64,000 nucleotides of DNA from Candidatus Helarchaeota archaeon (GCA_019058315.1 JAHPZH010000003.1:137669-201668), one strand, 5' to 3'; numbered from the stretch's first letter, positions 19,958 to 29,379 are shown. Notes: generated by a model not told the origin, from the letters alone. Made by a program: numbers and translations.

Positions 19958-20587
19958 TTAAAGTCTTTTTAAAATTTCAATAGCTGCAACTTTCCCATCT
20001 TTAATTAGAAATCTAAGTCCATATGAATTATTAAAGAGAATCCCATCTGGAAGTTCTGTAGTTTTTTGAATTTCAGTGTTCACTACTTCCTTTCCCAGAA
20101 CTTTGGCAACACTTTTAACAACTCCATAAAAATCCTGTCCTAGAATGATCGCTTCTCTATCAAAGCCATCAGGAATTCCCTCTCCCATTAATGTATTTCT
20201 CATATCATCAGATAGTGTTTGAGTTATTACACCAACTTCTTCTTCAACTTCACCTTCAGCCATTGGAGGTCGTGCTTTGGCTTGGGGGTTTTCAGCAACT
20301 TCTTTCTCATAAATTGATTTAAATTCGTCAGGTTCTTCATCTTGATCAACGGGGATAACTTTATACATTAAACCCCTGCCACCTCTTACTTCTTGGGAGA
20401 TCCTTGCACCGATGAATTTCTTTGCTACAGAACATTTATTGCCCTTCCATAACCATATTAGTCTTGTATCATCATCAATTATAAGTAGTACTAACTCATT
20501 TTTTAGAGCTTCTTTAACAGATGGAGTTTTTAAGTATGTAGTTTCGCCCGTTTTGAGCACAGAAAAAATTTCCAAACTTTTCACCAT
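19958..20587 (-). CDS. Asgard single-domain gelsolin fused to domain X (1DGelX-type)
   Basis: LLIIDDDTRLIWLWKGNKCSVAKKFIGAR...VDQDEEPDEF gelsolin-domain signature plus C-terminal REAIILG...AIEILK domain. Confidence 0.85.
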   Translation of the reverse strand: MVKSLEIFSVLKTGETTYLKTPSVKEALKNELVLLIIDDDTRLIWLWKGNKCSVAKKFIGARISQEVRGGRGLMYKVIPVDQDEEPDEFKSIYEKEVAENPQAKARPPMAEGEVEEEVGVITQTLSDDMRNTLMGEGIPDGFDREAIILGQDFYGVVKSVAKVLGKEVVNTEIQKTTELPDGILFNNSYGLRFLIKDGKVAAIEILKRL

Positions 20588-20739
20588 TTGAGCTATTTAA
20601 TAGTAAATATACAATATTATCCTTCATTTTTATTTTTTCTGATTTAATGTTTATTTATTCATTATGAGTATTAAAAGTTTCCTTAAATTGAAGATTAAAG
20701 GAGGTGATTTAAACAGATATTAATTCGATTATAAAGAGA

Positions 20740-20867
20740 TGGTAGCCCCGCCCGGAGTTTCGGAATAATTTTTTATAATTATACTTTCGAACCGGGGTCA
20801 GAGGGTCCAGGGCCCCCTATGTATAGCCTTTTTTTATCTTAAAATTTGACCACTGCACCACGGGGCT
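20740..20867 (-). tRNA. tRNA-Gln(CTG) with encoded CCA and two non-canonical introns (21/22: 20845-20823; 59/60: 20785-20757)
   Basis: Minus strand reads AGCCCCG TG GTGC AGTGGTCAA [23 nt] ACAT A GGGGG CCCTGGA CCCTC TGAC CCCGG TTCGAA [29 nt] T CCGGG CGGGGCT ACCA. All stems pair after intron removal. Confidence 0.93.
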
Positions 20868-21021
20868 ACAGGGCTAATTTTTTAGTTATTTTATTCTTTA
20901 AATTTAAGTGGTATTAATAACTAATATATCTTTTAAAATTTTAATTCTATTTTAATTCTTAAATAAATCTATCAATAAAAGGAATAAAATTTATTAATTA
21001 AATATAATTTGATGACTTATA

Positions 21022-21831
21022 ATGACAGATAGCTTCGATTCTTCTAGATTCATAAAATTAACTAATTTTTCGGGTGGTTGGATCTGGGTTTCTCATGTAG
21101 ATGAACATATAAATAAATTACTTCCATATTTAGAGAAAATTTCAAAAGAAAAACTGAAAGAGATTTGGACAATTATTGGTGCTGAAGAAAAATCATGGAA
21201 ACCTTATGAAGATACAGAATTTTGCGTAATTATTAATCCGCTACCAGATTTTGTGTTGTTATTAGTCTATAATGAAGGAGATGAGGAGTTTCCTTCGGAA
21301 TTGAAGTATTTCTATGAAAAAAAATCATTAAGTGTTCCAACAGAAGATGCATATGTTTTTACAGAAATCTATCTAGAAATGATAAGACAGATTGCCAAAT
21401 CTGAAAATATTTTGATTATAGAGACACCTGATATAATTTCTCTTGGAGATTTAGCAGATAAACATCCAGATCTGGAAAGAGAAAAGATATTACATGATAT
21501 AATTGGACAAAGATTTGAACCTATAAAATATATTGATAGAAAAACTGCTAATACGATTGCAAAGAACTTAAAAATCGAGATTATACCCAATTGGGAACAT
21601 GAAAAATCTGAATGGGCACTAGAATTTGAACTTTTTCAAGATTTATCTATTTTTTATATAAAATACTTGGAGGATTCATCTCCAAATTTGAAAATTTACT
21701 TTCATGTATCCATCCTCAAGTATAATCTTGAAATTATCATAAATTTCTCTTGGTTATTTTTAAACGCAATTATTCGAGAGGGGAGGAAAATATTAGGAAA
21801 TAAGATGCCCAAAATTTCTGAATTTCTTTAA
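21022..21831 (+). CDS. DUF3786-like protein (two-domain)
   Basis: PLPDFVLLLVYNEGDEEFPSELKYFYE...PTEDA matches the DUF3786 motif from memory; a weaker second copy lies in the C-terminal half. Confidence 0.6.
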   Translation: MTDSFDSSRFIKLTNFSGGWIWVSHVDEHINKLLPYLEKISKEKLKEIWTIIGAEEKSWKPYEDTEFCVIINPLPDFVLLLVYNEGDEEFPSELKYFYEKKSLSVPTEDAYVFTEIYLEMIRQIAKSENILIIETPDIISLGDLADKHPDLEREKILHDIIGQRFEPIKYIDRKTANTIAKNLKIEIIPNWEHEKSEWALEFELFQDLSIFYIKYLEDSSPNLKIYFHVSILKYNLEIIINFSWLFLNAIIREGRKILGNKMPKISEFL

Positions 21832-21856
21832 AAATAGAATTTAATTATTCCTTAGA

Positions 21857-22465
21857 TTATTTATTCATATAATCCAGAAGAGTTTTCTTTTTCTTTCCGG
21901 TTTTTTTAGTTTCTTTTATCTTTTTTTGCGTTTTAGTTGTTTTAATAAGTTTTTTCTGTTTTATCTTTTCCTTTGTTTTTTTCTTTTCTTTTTTAATTTT
22001 TTTAGGTTTAATCTCTATTTTTGGCATTTCAGGTTCTTCTTTCTTTTTCTTTTCCTCTGCCTTCATTGCTTTAAGTAGATCTCCATCCAATTGAAAAGGT
22101 TCAACAAGGCTTTCTTCTTCATTAATTTCAAATGAAATTGGCTTTATTTCAAGAGGGGGAGTGTTAGGGGGAGGTTCTAATTCTATTTCTGGAACTTTCT
22201 CAAACCCCTTAAAATCTGGTTCCCAATTAATAGGAATTTCTAAAGCCCAAGGATCAAATTGAACGATGATTGAATTATTTATACGTTTTACCTTCTCTTG
22301 TTCAATAGCAAGATGTAGTATTTTTTTTGCGGTCGTAATATTGCAATTTTCAAATGCTTGGAAACTTAGTGTAAATACGAAATTATCGATATCGAGTTGT
22401 TTTACATTATATATACGAAATGGAAAGGCAATAATTTTTAAAATCTCACTACCTGATATAGACAC
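21857..22465 (-). CDS. DUF2240 family protein with Lys-rich tail
   Basis: IIAFPF, FVFTLSF, AKKILHLAI, FDP...IPINWEP. Confidence 0.7.
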   Translation of the reverse strand: MSISGSEILKIIAFPFRIYNVKQLDIDNFVFTLSFQAFENCNITTAKKILHLAIEQEKVKRINNSIIVQFDPWALEIPINWEPDFKGFEKVPEIELEPPPNTPPLEIKPISFEINEEESLVEPFQLDGDLLKAMKAEEKKKKEEPEMPKIEIKPKKIKKEKKKTKEKIKQKKLIKTTKTQKKIKETKKTGKKKKTLLDYMNK

Positions 22466-22493
22466 TTTTAATTCAACTACCTAAATAAAGAAT

Positions 22494-23129
22494 TTAAGGT
22501 AAATAATTTAATATTTTTCTAAGATCTGTACCAATTATAGTTACATCAGCAACCTTAGCAACCTTTTTATCTTGTGGATTTATTGCGATAGAGAGTCCTA
22601 CTTTTTTAAACAAATTAATATCATTTTCATTATCACCTACTGCAATGCATTGCGGAAAAGTGATATTTAATTCTTTAAGAAGGCCACTTATAGCCTCATC
22701 CTTGTTATTATATGCCACATTGCAAAATACTTCTCCAGTAAGATAACCTTGTTTATTTACTATTACCTCATTTGCGATTGAATAATCAAATCCAAATCTT
22801 TTTTTCAGTTTATTAGCGAATAGAGATATTCCCGAGCTTAAAAGTGATGTTTTCAATTTTCTTGACTGTAATATAGATAATGTTTCTTTTATACCATCAA
22901 TTAAAGGAACTTGATTTAAAATCTCTTCAATTCGGCTAACATGCACGTTTTGCCATAATCCTACATCTAGATCAGCCCACTTTTGATAACTAATTTCTTT
23001 ATTAAAAAACATTTCTCGATGAGTTTTCGCTTTTTCAAAAACATTTAAGGAGGTATGAATTAATTTCCAACTATTATTTTCTTTGGTTAATGTTCCATCC
23101 ACGTCAAAAATAACTAATTTAAACTTCAT
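22494..23129 (-). CDS. HAD-family phosphatase (phosphoserine phosphatase-like)
   Basis: FDVDGTL, LSSG, K, VGDNEND. Confidence 0.9.
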   Translation of the reverse strand: MKFKLVIFDVDGTLTKENNSWKLIHTSLNVFEKAKTHREMFFNKEISYQKWADLDVGLWQNVHVSRIEEILNQVPLIDGIKETLSILQSRKLKTSLLSSGISLFANKLKKRFGFDYSIANEVIVNKQGYLTGEVFCNVAYNNKDEAISGLLKELNITFPQCIAVGDNENDINLFKKVGLSIAINPQDKKVAKVADVTIIGTDLRKILNYLP

Positions 23130-23370
23130 TTTATATTATTCCAACAGTTTAATTGTTTTGAATTATTATAAAACTGATTTTTTTTGTTATGCTAAATTAT
23201 TTTATTTGGTTTTTAATTTGAATTAGAGAGTCTATATTATTATGTAAAATTTATTTCATACACTTGGATCTAATAATATTGAAATGTTTCAAAATTTTCT
23301 AAATTTATTCAAGGTTCTATAATAAACATTTATAAATAGTTTAATATTAAATAGTTTATAACATTAAAAT

Positions 23371-23392
23371 ATGTTAAAATTAATTTTAACAT
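23371..23392. promoter_or_regulatory. Perfect 22-bp palindrome (putative operator)
   Basis: atgttaaaattaattttaacat equals its own reverse complement; lies ~60 bp upstream of ATG 23452 in a divergent intergenic region. Confidence 0.5.
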
Positions 23393-23451
23393 TATATTTA
23401 AATTAAATAATTAATAGATTTATCAAACCATTTCCCCCGAGGGATGATAAT

Positions 23452-23934
23452 ATGTCATTTGATGAACGAATTAGTGACCTCCAAACTCAAATTGAAGAAG
23501 TTGAAAGTCAGAAAAACTCGGATTTGAGTGCAGCTGAATCTGAATTTGAAAGTAATAAATCAGCAATCAATACAGAGGGCGAATCTGAAAGAACAACCCT
23601 TGAAAGTGAATTAAACTCGGCAAATTCATCTTTAGACTCCGCTAACAATAAAGTTGAAAAAGCTACAGCTACCCTCGAAGAAGCAAAAGATGCCCTTAGT
23701 GCAGCAAAAGATGAACAAAAAGCAGCAAAAAGTGCTCAAAAAGATGCTGATAAGGCAGTTAATAACCTAGATAAAGAAATCGAAAAAAGAATCAAGGATG
23801 CCGAAAAAGAATACAATAATAAATGCAAAGACATTGAAAAAGAAGCAAAGAATAAGATAAAAGACTTAGAGAAACAAATCAAATCTATAGAAAAAGAAAA
23901 AGCACAAGCTGAAAAAGAAGCAGCTGCAGTTTAA
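23452..23934 (+). CDS. All-coiled-coil protein, unknown function
   Basis: 160 aa, no Pro, one Gly, continuous heptad/hendecad pattern. Confidence 0.85.
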   Translation: MSFDERISDLQTQIEEVESQKNSDLSAAESEFESNKSAINTEGESERTTLESELNSANSSLDSANNKVEKATATLEEAKDALSAAKDEQKAAKSAQKDADKAVNNLDKEIEKRIKDAEKEYNNKCKDIEKEAKNKIKDLEKQIKSIEKEKAQAEKEAAAV

Positions 23935-23949
23935 AAATAAAATACTAAC

Positions 23950-23966
23950 TTTTTTTTTATTTTTAT
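23950..23966 (+). terminator. Oligo-T archaeal terminator
   Basis: Long T runs just downstream of the 23934 stop. Confidence 0.5.
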
Positions 23967-24244
23967 TAAATAAATTTAATTATTTTTTTTTTATAGTTAT
24001 TTACAATTCTCCAATCTCATTATTTTAATAGATAGTAATTCTGCAATTAATCTTACTGTATATTTAGTTCCCTCATATTTAGAAAAATTTTAAGATTAAA
24101 TCTTATAAACTAAATAATATTATTTATTTAGTTACAAAAAAATAGGTCATAAGATCAGATTCAAATTTAATTAAGAAGTAAATAATGTGCATTACTTTTT
24201 GAGAGAGAATTTTTAATTTAGCATCTAATAGATTTAATTTTTAG

Positions 24245-25651
24245 GTGATGAAAACGACTGTAAATGAACAATTGGTTAATGAATTAAAGCATGTTATTCC
24301 TCCCGAATATATTGCAACAGATAAGGAAATTTGTTTTGCATATTCTATGGATTCTAGTCCTGTTCCTGGGCATATTCCAGATATTGTTATCCGTCCAGAA
24401 ACAACACAAGAAGTATCGGAAATTGTTAAATTAGCAAATAAATATAAAACGGCAATTTACCCTCGTGGTGCTGCGGCATCATTAGTAATGATGGGCGTTC
24501 CAATACAACCTGGTGGTATTTCTCTAGACATGACGAGAATGAATAAAATTATGGAGATAGATGAAGATAGTATGAGTGTGACAGTTCAAACTGGAATTAC
24601 TTGGGGAGAATTGGAATACGAATTAAAAAAGAAAGGTTGGTATACAGGAATGGTAGGACCTGGACCGGGATTATCCACAACAATTGGTGGGGCAATTAGT
24701 GTTGCATCGGTTTATTATGGTTCTGCTAAATATGGAACTGCTTGTGATATTCTACTCGGATTGGAAGTTGTTTTACCAACGGGCGAGGTCATTAGAACAG
24801 GTTCTGCAGCATTAGACACAGCAAAAAGGCATACTCGTTATGGTATTGGATTAGATTCTACAGGGATTTTTTGTGGAGATCAAGGAATCATGGGAGTCAA
24901 GACCGAAGCCACACTTAAATTATATCCAGTTCCAGTAGCAACAGGTTTTTTTGTTTATGGATATAATGATGAGGATCCTCTTCTCAAAGCACTTCATAAA
25001 ATGACATCTTTACATATTGCATCTGATATTGGATACACTGATGGAGCCTCAGGATTGGACATGGGTGGTGGTCCAGAACGGTTTATGATTCATGGAAAAA
25101 TAGAAGCACATAGCGAAAAAGAATTAGAGGTTCAATTAGAACTTTTTGATGAAATTGCAAATAATACTAATGGAATTAAAAAAGGTGATTCTTTAGCGAG
25201 GATGATTTTTCATGATTCTATATACATGGTATTCCCAATGGCAGGAATGAGCGGGAATTATGGAGCTTCTTGCAATAAAATGCCAATTTTTGAATCAAAA
25301 AAAGTACATGATTTATTTTTAAATTATCGTGAAAAGCATTTAGAAGAAATACAAAAACATAAGCTCGTTACAGTATGGTATACCTTTATTTCGGGTTCTA
25401 CAATAGATATTTTACCTCAAATACAAATTCCAGCACATGACCCAGAAGCGTTGAAATATGGTACTGAATTATGGAAAAATTTTATTAAAGAAGAATTGAA
25501 ATACGGTACAATTCATTATTGGCTTGGTAAAGTAATTGGGGACCAAGTAGTTGAACATTTTCGTTCAAATTATTTCGAATTTATTAAAAAATTAAAGGAT
25601 ACCCTCGATCCGAATGGAATTTTGAATCCAGGGTTATTAAAATTACCATGA
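24245..25651 (+). CDS. FAD-linked oxidoreductase (GlcD / D-lactate dehydrogenase-like)
   Basis: PRGAA, TIGG, KYG, GLEVVLPTG, G.QGIMGV, LDPNGILNPG. Confidence 0.9.
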   Translation: MMKTTVNEQLVNELKHVIPPEYIATDKEICFAYSMDSSPVPGHIPDIVIRPETTQEVSEIVKLANKYKTAIYPRGAAASLVMMGVPIQPGGISLDMTRMNKIMEIDEDSMSVTVQTGITWGELEYELKKKGWYTGMVGPGPGLSTTIGGAISVASVYYGSAKYGTACDILLGLEVVLPTGEVIRTGSAALDTAKRHTRYGIGLDSTGIFCGDQGIMGVKTEATLKLYPVPVATGFFVYGYNDEDPLLKALHKMTSLHIASDIGYTDGASGLDMGGGPERFMIHGKIEAHSEKELEVQLELFDEIANNTNGIKKGDSLARMIFHDSIYMVFPMAGMSGNYGASCNKMPIFESKKVHDLFLNYREKHLEEIQKHKLVTVWYTFISGSTIDILPQIQIPAHDPEALKYGTELWKNFIKEELKYGTIHYWLGKVIGDQVVEHFRSNYFEFIKKLKDTLDPNGILNPGLLKLP

Positions 25652-25660
25652 GGTTTTTAA

Positions 25661-26824
25661 ATGGAGTTAGGAATTAAAAAGCATGTAGAAGATATTTATA
25701 AATGCACCCGTTGTGGTTACTGCCGGGAAATGGTAAGAGAAGAAGTTAATACCTTCCGAGTTTGCCCTATACGAGAAAATACTCCGGGATTTGAGGCATA
25801 TACAAGTAAGGGAAAAATGTTATTAATGAGAGGAGTTTTAGAGGGCACTCTTGATTTAACTCCAAAATTATCTGAGATTGTTTTCACTTGTACAACATGT
25901 GGAAGTTGTAAGACACATTGTCCAGTTGGTATTGATACAGTAGGAATTTTTGAAGTCTTTCGTAATGATTTAATTCGTCAAGAATTGGGTTTACCTTCAC
26001 ATACGATGTATGGAAAATATGCTATGGAGAAAATGAATCCTTACAATGAACCTCATGAAGACCGAATGGCATGGTTGCCCGAGTCCGTTGAATTCTCCAA
26101 ACCAGCTGAAATTGCGTATTTTGTTGGATGCACTTCAGCATATAGACAACAAGAAATTGCGACTGCAACTTATAAAATATTAAAAAAAATAGGGGTTGAT
26201 TTTACAATTCTTGGTCCCGATGAATGGTGTTGTGGATCTCCTCTCTTTCGAACTGGTCAACTTGATCTGGCTACAAAATTAGCTCAACATAATATTGAAA
26301 AACTAAATGAATTGGGAATAAAACAAATTGTGTTTTCATGTGCAGGTTGTTACAGGACTTTTGCTATGGATTATAAAAATATTGGTAAATTGAAAGCAAA
26401 ACCAATCCATTTTACAAAGTTTATTTACAATCAGATTAAAGAAGGAAAGATAAAGTTTAAAGAAAGTCCTTTAAAAGTTACTTATCATGATCCATGCCAC
26501 ACTACGAGATCTATGAAAAAAGCAGATTATAAATCACCCAGAAGAGTTATAAATTCTTTACCTGGCGTTGAATTGATTGAGATGGTAAGTACAAAAGAAG
26601 GAAGCATGTGTTGTGGGGCGGGTGGTGGTTTAAAATCAGCATTTTCGGATATTGCAGTATCTGCCGCTCAAAAACGTGTTCAGCAAGCGAAAGAAACTGG
26701 TGCCACTCATTTAATTAGTACTTGTCCATTTTGTAGGAGAAATCTTATGGATGGAAATGAAAAAGGAAATTTAGGAATGAAGATAATGGATTTAACAGAG
26801 CTTATTTTAGAAAGAATGGAATAA
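25661..26824 (+). CDS. Fe-S oxidoreductase with CCG domains (GlcF/HdrD-like)
   Basis: CTRCGYC, CTTCGSCKTHCP, EWCCG, YHDPCH, CCGAGGG, CPFC. Confidence 0.9.
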   Translation: MELGIKKHVEDIYKCTRCGYCREMVREEVNTFRVCPIRENTPGFEAYTSKGKMLLMRGVLEGTLDLTPKLSEIVFTCTTCGSCKTHCPVGIDTVGIFEVFRNDLIRQELGLPSHTMYGKYAMEKMNPYNEPHEDRMAWLPESVEFSKPAEIAYFVGCTSAYRQQEIATATYKILKKIGVDFTILGPDEWCCGSPLFRTGQLDLATKLAQHNIEKLNELGIKQIVFSCAGCYRTFAMDYKNIGKLKAKPIHFTKFIYNQIKEGKIKFKESPLKVTYHDPCHTTRSMKKADYKSPRRVINSLPGVELIEMVSTKEGSMCCGAGGGLKSAFSDIAVSAAQKRVQQAKETGATHLISTCPFCRRNLMDGNEKGNLGMKIMDLTELILERME

Positions 26825-26869
26825 AAAAATATTATTTTTTAAATATTTTCACATCTTTCAAAAGAATTT

Positions 26870-27352
26870 TCAAAAATTTTTATCAATAGCCCTTATTTTT
26901 ACTCTATTAAGTTTATTTGGATCCACAAGAGCAGTATATTGCGATCCAATCTTAAAGAGACCTGGCATTATAGTCATCATTTCTATCGATCTTGTAATAA
27001 TATAAGGTTCTATTCCTTCTATAGGTATATCTATTCTAAATTTCAATTTAAATCTTGAATAATCTGGTCTTGTGAAACCACTAGATCTCTTAATTGAAAG
27101 TAGTGTTGCAGTTCCACGGATTCCTTTTTCTTTGAAATATTTACGTGTACTTTTTTTTGTATAATAATCCAAGCAGACTATTAAGTATATGAAAACAAAT
27201 ATAATTATTATAACAAAGAAAAATTCTGGTCTTATTAAAACATAGCTAGAATATGTAGGCATGGTAAAATAAATTATTGTAAAAATTGCCATAGATACTC
27301 CAAATAAAATGGTTATAACTAATATACCAATTTTAAAATATTTTTTCCGCAT
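26870..27352 (-). CDS. Two-TM protein with C-terminal beta-rich domain
   Basis: 2 TM segments, then GIRGTATLLSI...VDP. Confidence 0.65.
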   Translation of the reverse strand: MRKKYFKIGILVITILFGVSMAIFTIIYFTMPTYSSYVLIRPEFFFVIIIIFVFIYLIVCLDYYTKKSTRKYFKEKGIRGTATLLSIKRSSGFTRPDYSRFKLKFRIDIPIEGIEPYIITRSIEMMTIMPGLFKIGSQYTALVDPNKLNRVKIRAIDKNF

Positions 27353-27509
27353 TTTAACCCACTTTTAAAATTTTTCAAATTAAAAAATATTTCAATTTTT
27401 AATTATTAAATATGCTGATTTTCATTTACTAACTAAAATTTTAGAAATTACTTTCACTTAAAGGTTATTTTTAAGGAAATATAAGAAATAATTTCAAAAA
27501 GAAATCTCA

Positions 27510-27749
27510 TTAATCTTCTATAATTTTAAAAATAAAATAAAAAATACAGATTACTATAATAATAATCACCAGAAACCAATCCCATAAAGAAATTGGCTCA
27601 AACTTGCTTCTACCCCCAACATCATATATATACCACTCAATAACACTTTTAAGAAAATTCCAAATTTCATTTCGAAATATTACAATTAAAAAAATAGTTG
27701 CTCCAATAATTCCTATAATAATTATTTTTTTGTAAATATCTTCATCCAT
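27510..27749 (-). CDS. Small two-TM membrane protein
   Basis: Likely start ATG 27749 (MDEDIYKK); the longer ORF overlaps the upstream gene. Confidence 0.55.
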   Translation of the reverse strand: MDEDIYKKIIIIGIIGATIFLIVIFRNEIWNFLKSVIEWYIYDVGGRSKFEPISLWDWFLVIIIIVICIFYFIFKIIED

Positions 27750-27813
27750 TTTTAATGCTACATCTATTTTTATATTAGCGTATATATTGTTAGATAAAAT
27801 TACAAATTTAAAT

Positions 27814-28041
27814 TTATGTATATTGACCCATATCTTTTGTAGGTTCCTTTGCAATTTCTTTTTGTAATTCTTTTTGGATTTCTATAGATCTTTTTATAAT
27901 ATGTTTAGGATCCATCATCTCTTCAGTTTTCTTTTGTTGATCTTCAATCATTTTATTGAGTTGTTCCATATTTTCTTCAATTTTTTTCAATAGTTCTATG
28001 ATTATATCCAATTTTTTTGAAACTTGCTTATTATCCATCAC
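27814..28041 (-). CDS. Small coiled-coil protein
   Basis: AGGAG SD upstream; E/K/Q-rich heptads. Confidence 0.6.
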   Translation of the reverse strand: MMDNKQVSKKLDIIIELLKKIEENMEQLNKMIEDQQKKTEEMMDPKHIIKRSIEIQKELQKEIAKEPTKDMGQYT

Positions 28042-28134
28042 TTTCTTCTCCTAAAATTGATATAGAAAAAACAAAAATAAGTAATTTTCGATTCTATATA
28101 AGATTTTAGAAATAAATATCAAAAAAGTAATATT

Positions 28135-29379
28135 TTATTTTTTCTCCAAAATATGTACACATAAAGCTGCTTCGCCAGGACCTATATTACCGCCACCATT
28201 TTCAGCCAGCGCAATTTTTGCTTTAACTTGTCTTTCACCAGCTTCTCCACGTAGCTGAGTTACTAGTTCATAAATTTGTGCTAATCCAGAGGCACCGATT
28301 GGATGACCACGAGAAAGTAATCCCCCGCTAGTGTTAATAGGAATTTTTCCATCAAGTGCTGTAGCTCTACTCTCGGTAAATGGTCCGCCTTCTCCTACTG
28401 GACAGAATCCCATTTGTTCAATTTGATGAATTTCTCCAAAAGCTGTAGCATCATGAACTTCTGCCACATCTATATCTTTTGGACCTAAGGCTGACATTTC
28501 ATAAGCCGCTGCGGCAGCTCGTTTGGCTATATCGTCTTTCTTCCATGACCCAGATCTTAAAACCGAAGCTCTTACTAATATTGCCCTTGGATTTGGAAAT
28601 TCTTTTAGAAATTTTTCAGAACATAGAATTGCAGCCGCAGCACCATCTCCTACTGGGGCGCACATGGACCGGGTCAAGGGATAAGCAACTTCATAATCAT
28701 CCAAAACCTGTTCCACAGTCATAGGAAAAGTATACTGGGCTAGTGGATTAAGTGATGAATTAGTGTGATTCTTAGCTGCAACTACAGCCAATTGGCGTTG
28801 TGTAGTCCCATATTTTTTCATATGAGTACGTGCTGCCATTGCATAGAGATCCATAAAAGCAGAATGGCCTCCTTTTTTCCCTTTATTCACTTCAACTCCT
28901 TCTTTTTCTGCTTTCTTTTTCTTTTGCCTTTCGGCCCATTTCTTCAATTGTTCAATCATCCTAGTTGTGACTTCCACATCTGTTCCTGCTATAAATCCTT
29001 CCATCATTTTCTTTCGGTCTTCGTTATAGACTTTTTCAACACCAATAGCAAGAGTACAGTCATAAAGACCAGCTTTTATTGCAGTCCATGCTCCATGAAA
29101 AGCAGTACTGCCACTAGCACAAGCATTTTCCACATTTGTTATAGGTATTTTATCAATACGGTTAGCAGAAAGTGCTACTTGACCTCTAATTGAGTGCTGA
29201 TTTTCACTCATACCCCAACCAGAATTGGAAAACCATGCAGCTTCTATTTCTTTTAGACTTAAATCACAATCTTGTTTGGCGGATTTTAAAGCTTCACCTG
29301 TAAATTTTTTGATACTTTTTTCAAGAAATTTACCGAATTTTGTCATTCCAACACTATATATATAAACTTTTTCGCTCAT
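28135..29379 (-). CDS. Thiolase, SCP2/SCP-x type (copy 2)
   Basis: ENACASG, AEVHDA, NTSGGLLSRGHPIGASG. Start ATG 29379. Confidence 0.93.
   Translation of the reverse strand: MSEKVYIYSVGMTKFGKFLEKSIKKFTGEALKSAKQDCDLSLKEIEAAWFSNSGWGMSENQHSIRGQVALSANRIDKIPITNVENACASGSTAFHGAWTAIKAGLYDCTLAIGVEKVYNEDRKKMMEGFIAGTDVEVTTRMIEQLKKWAERQKKKKAEKEGVEVNKGKKGGHSAFMDLYAMAARTHMKKYGTTQRQLAVVAAKNHTNSSLNPLAQYTFPMTVEQVLDDYEVAYPLTRSMCAPVGDGAAAAILCSEKFLKEFPNPRAILVRASVLRSGSWKKDDIAKRAAAAAYEMSALGPKDIDVAEVHDATAFGEIHQIEQMGFCPVGEGGPFTESRATALDGKIPINTSGGLLSRGHPIGASGLAQIYELVTQLRGEAGERQVKAKIALAENGGGNIGPGEAALCVHILEKK

Noticed and set aside
20700-20709. Perfect GGAGGTGAT Shine-Dalgarno-like sequence on the plus strand
   Set aside because: No suitably spaced start codon or ORF follows, and it runs antisense into the tRNA.
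20600-20760. tRNA 3' end as an integration site for a mobile element
   Set aside because: I saw no integrase and no duplicated tRNA 3' end (att site) in the window.
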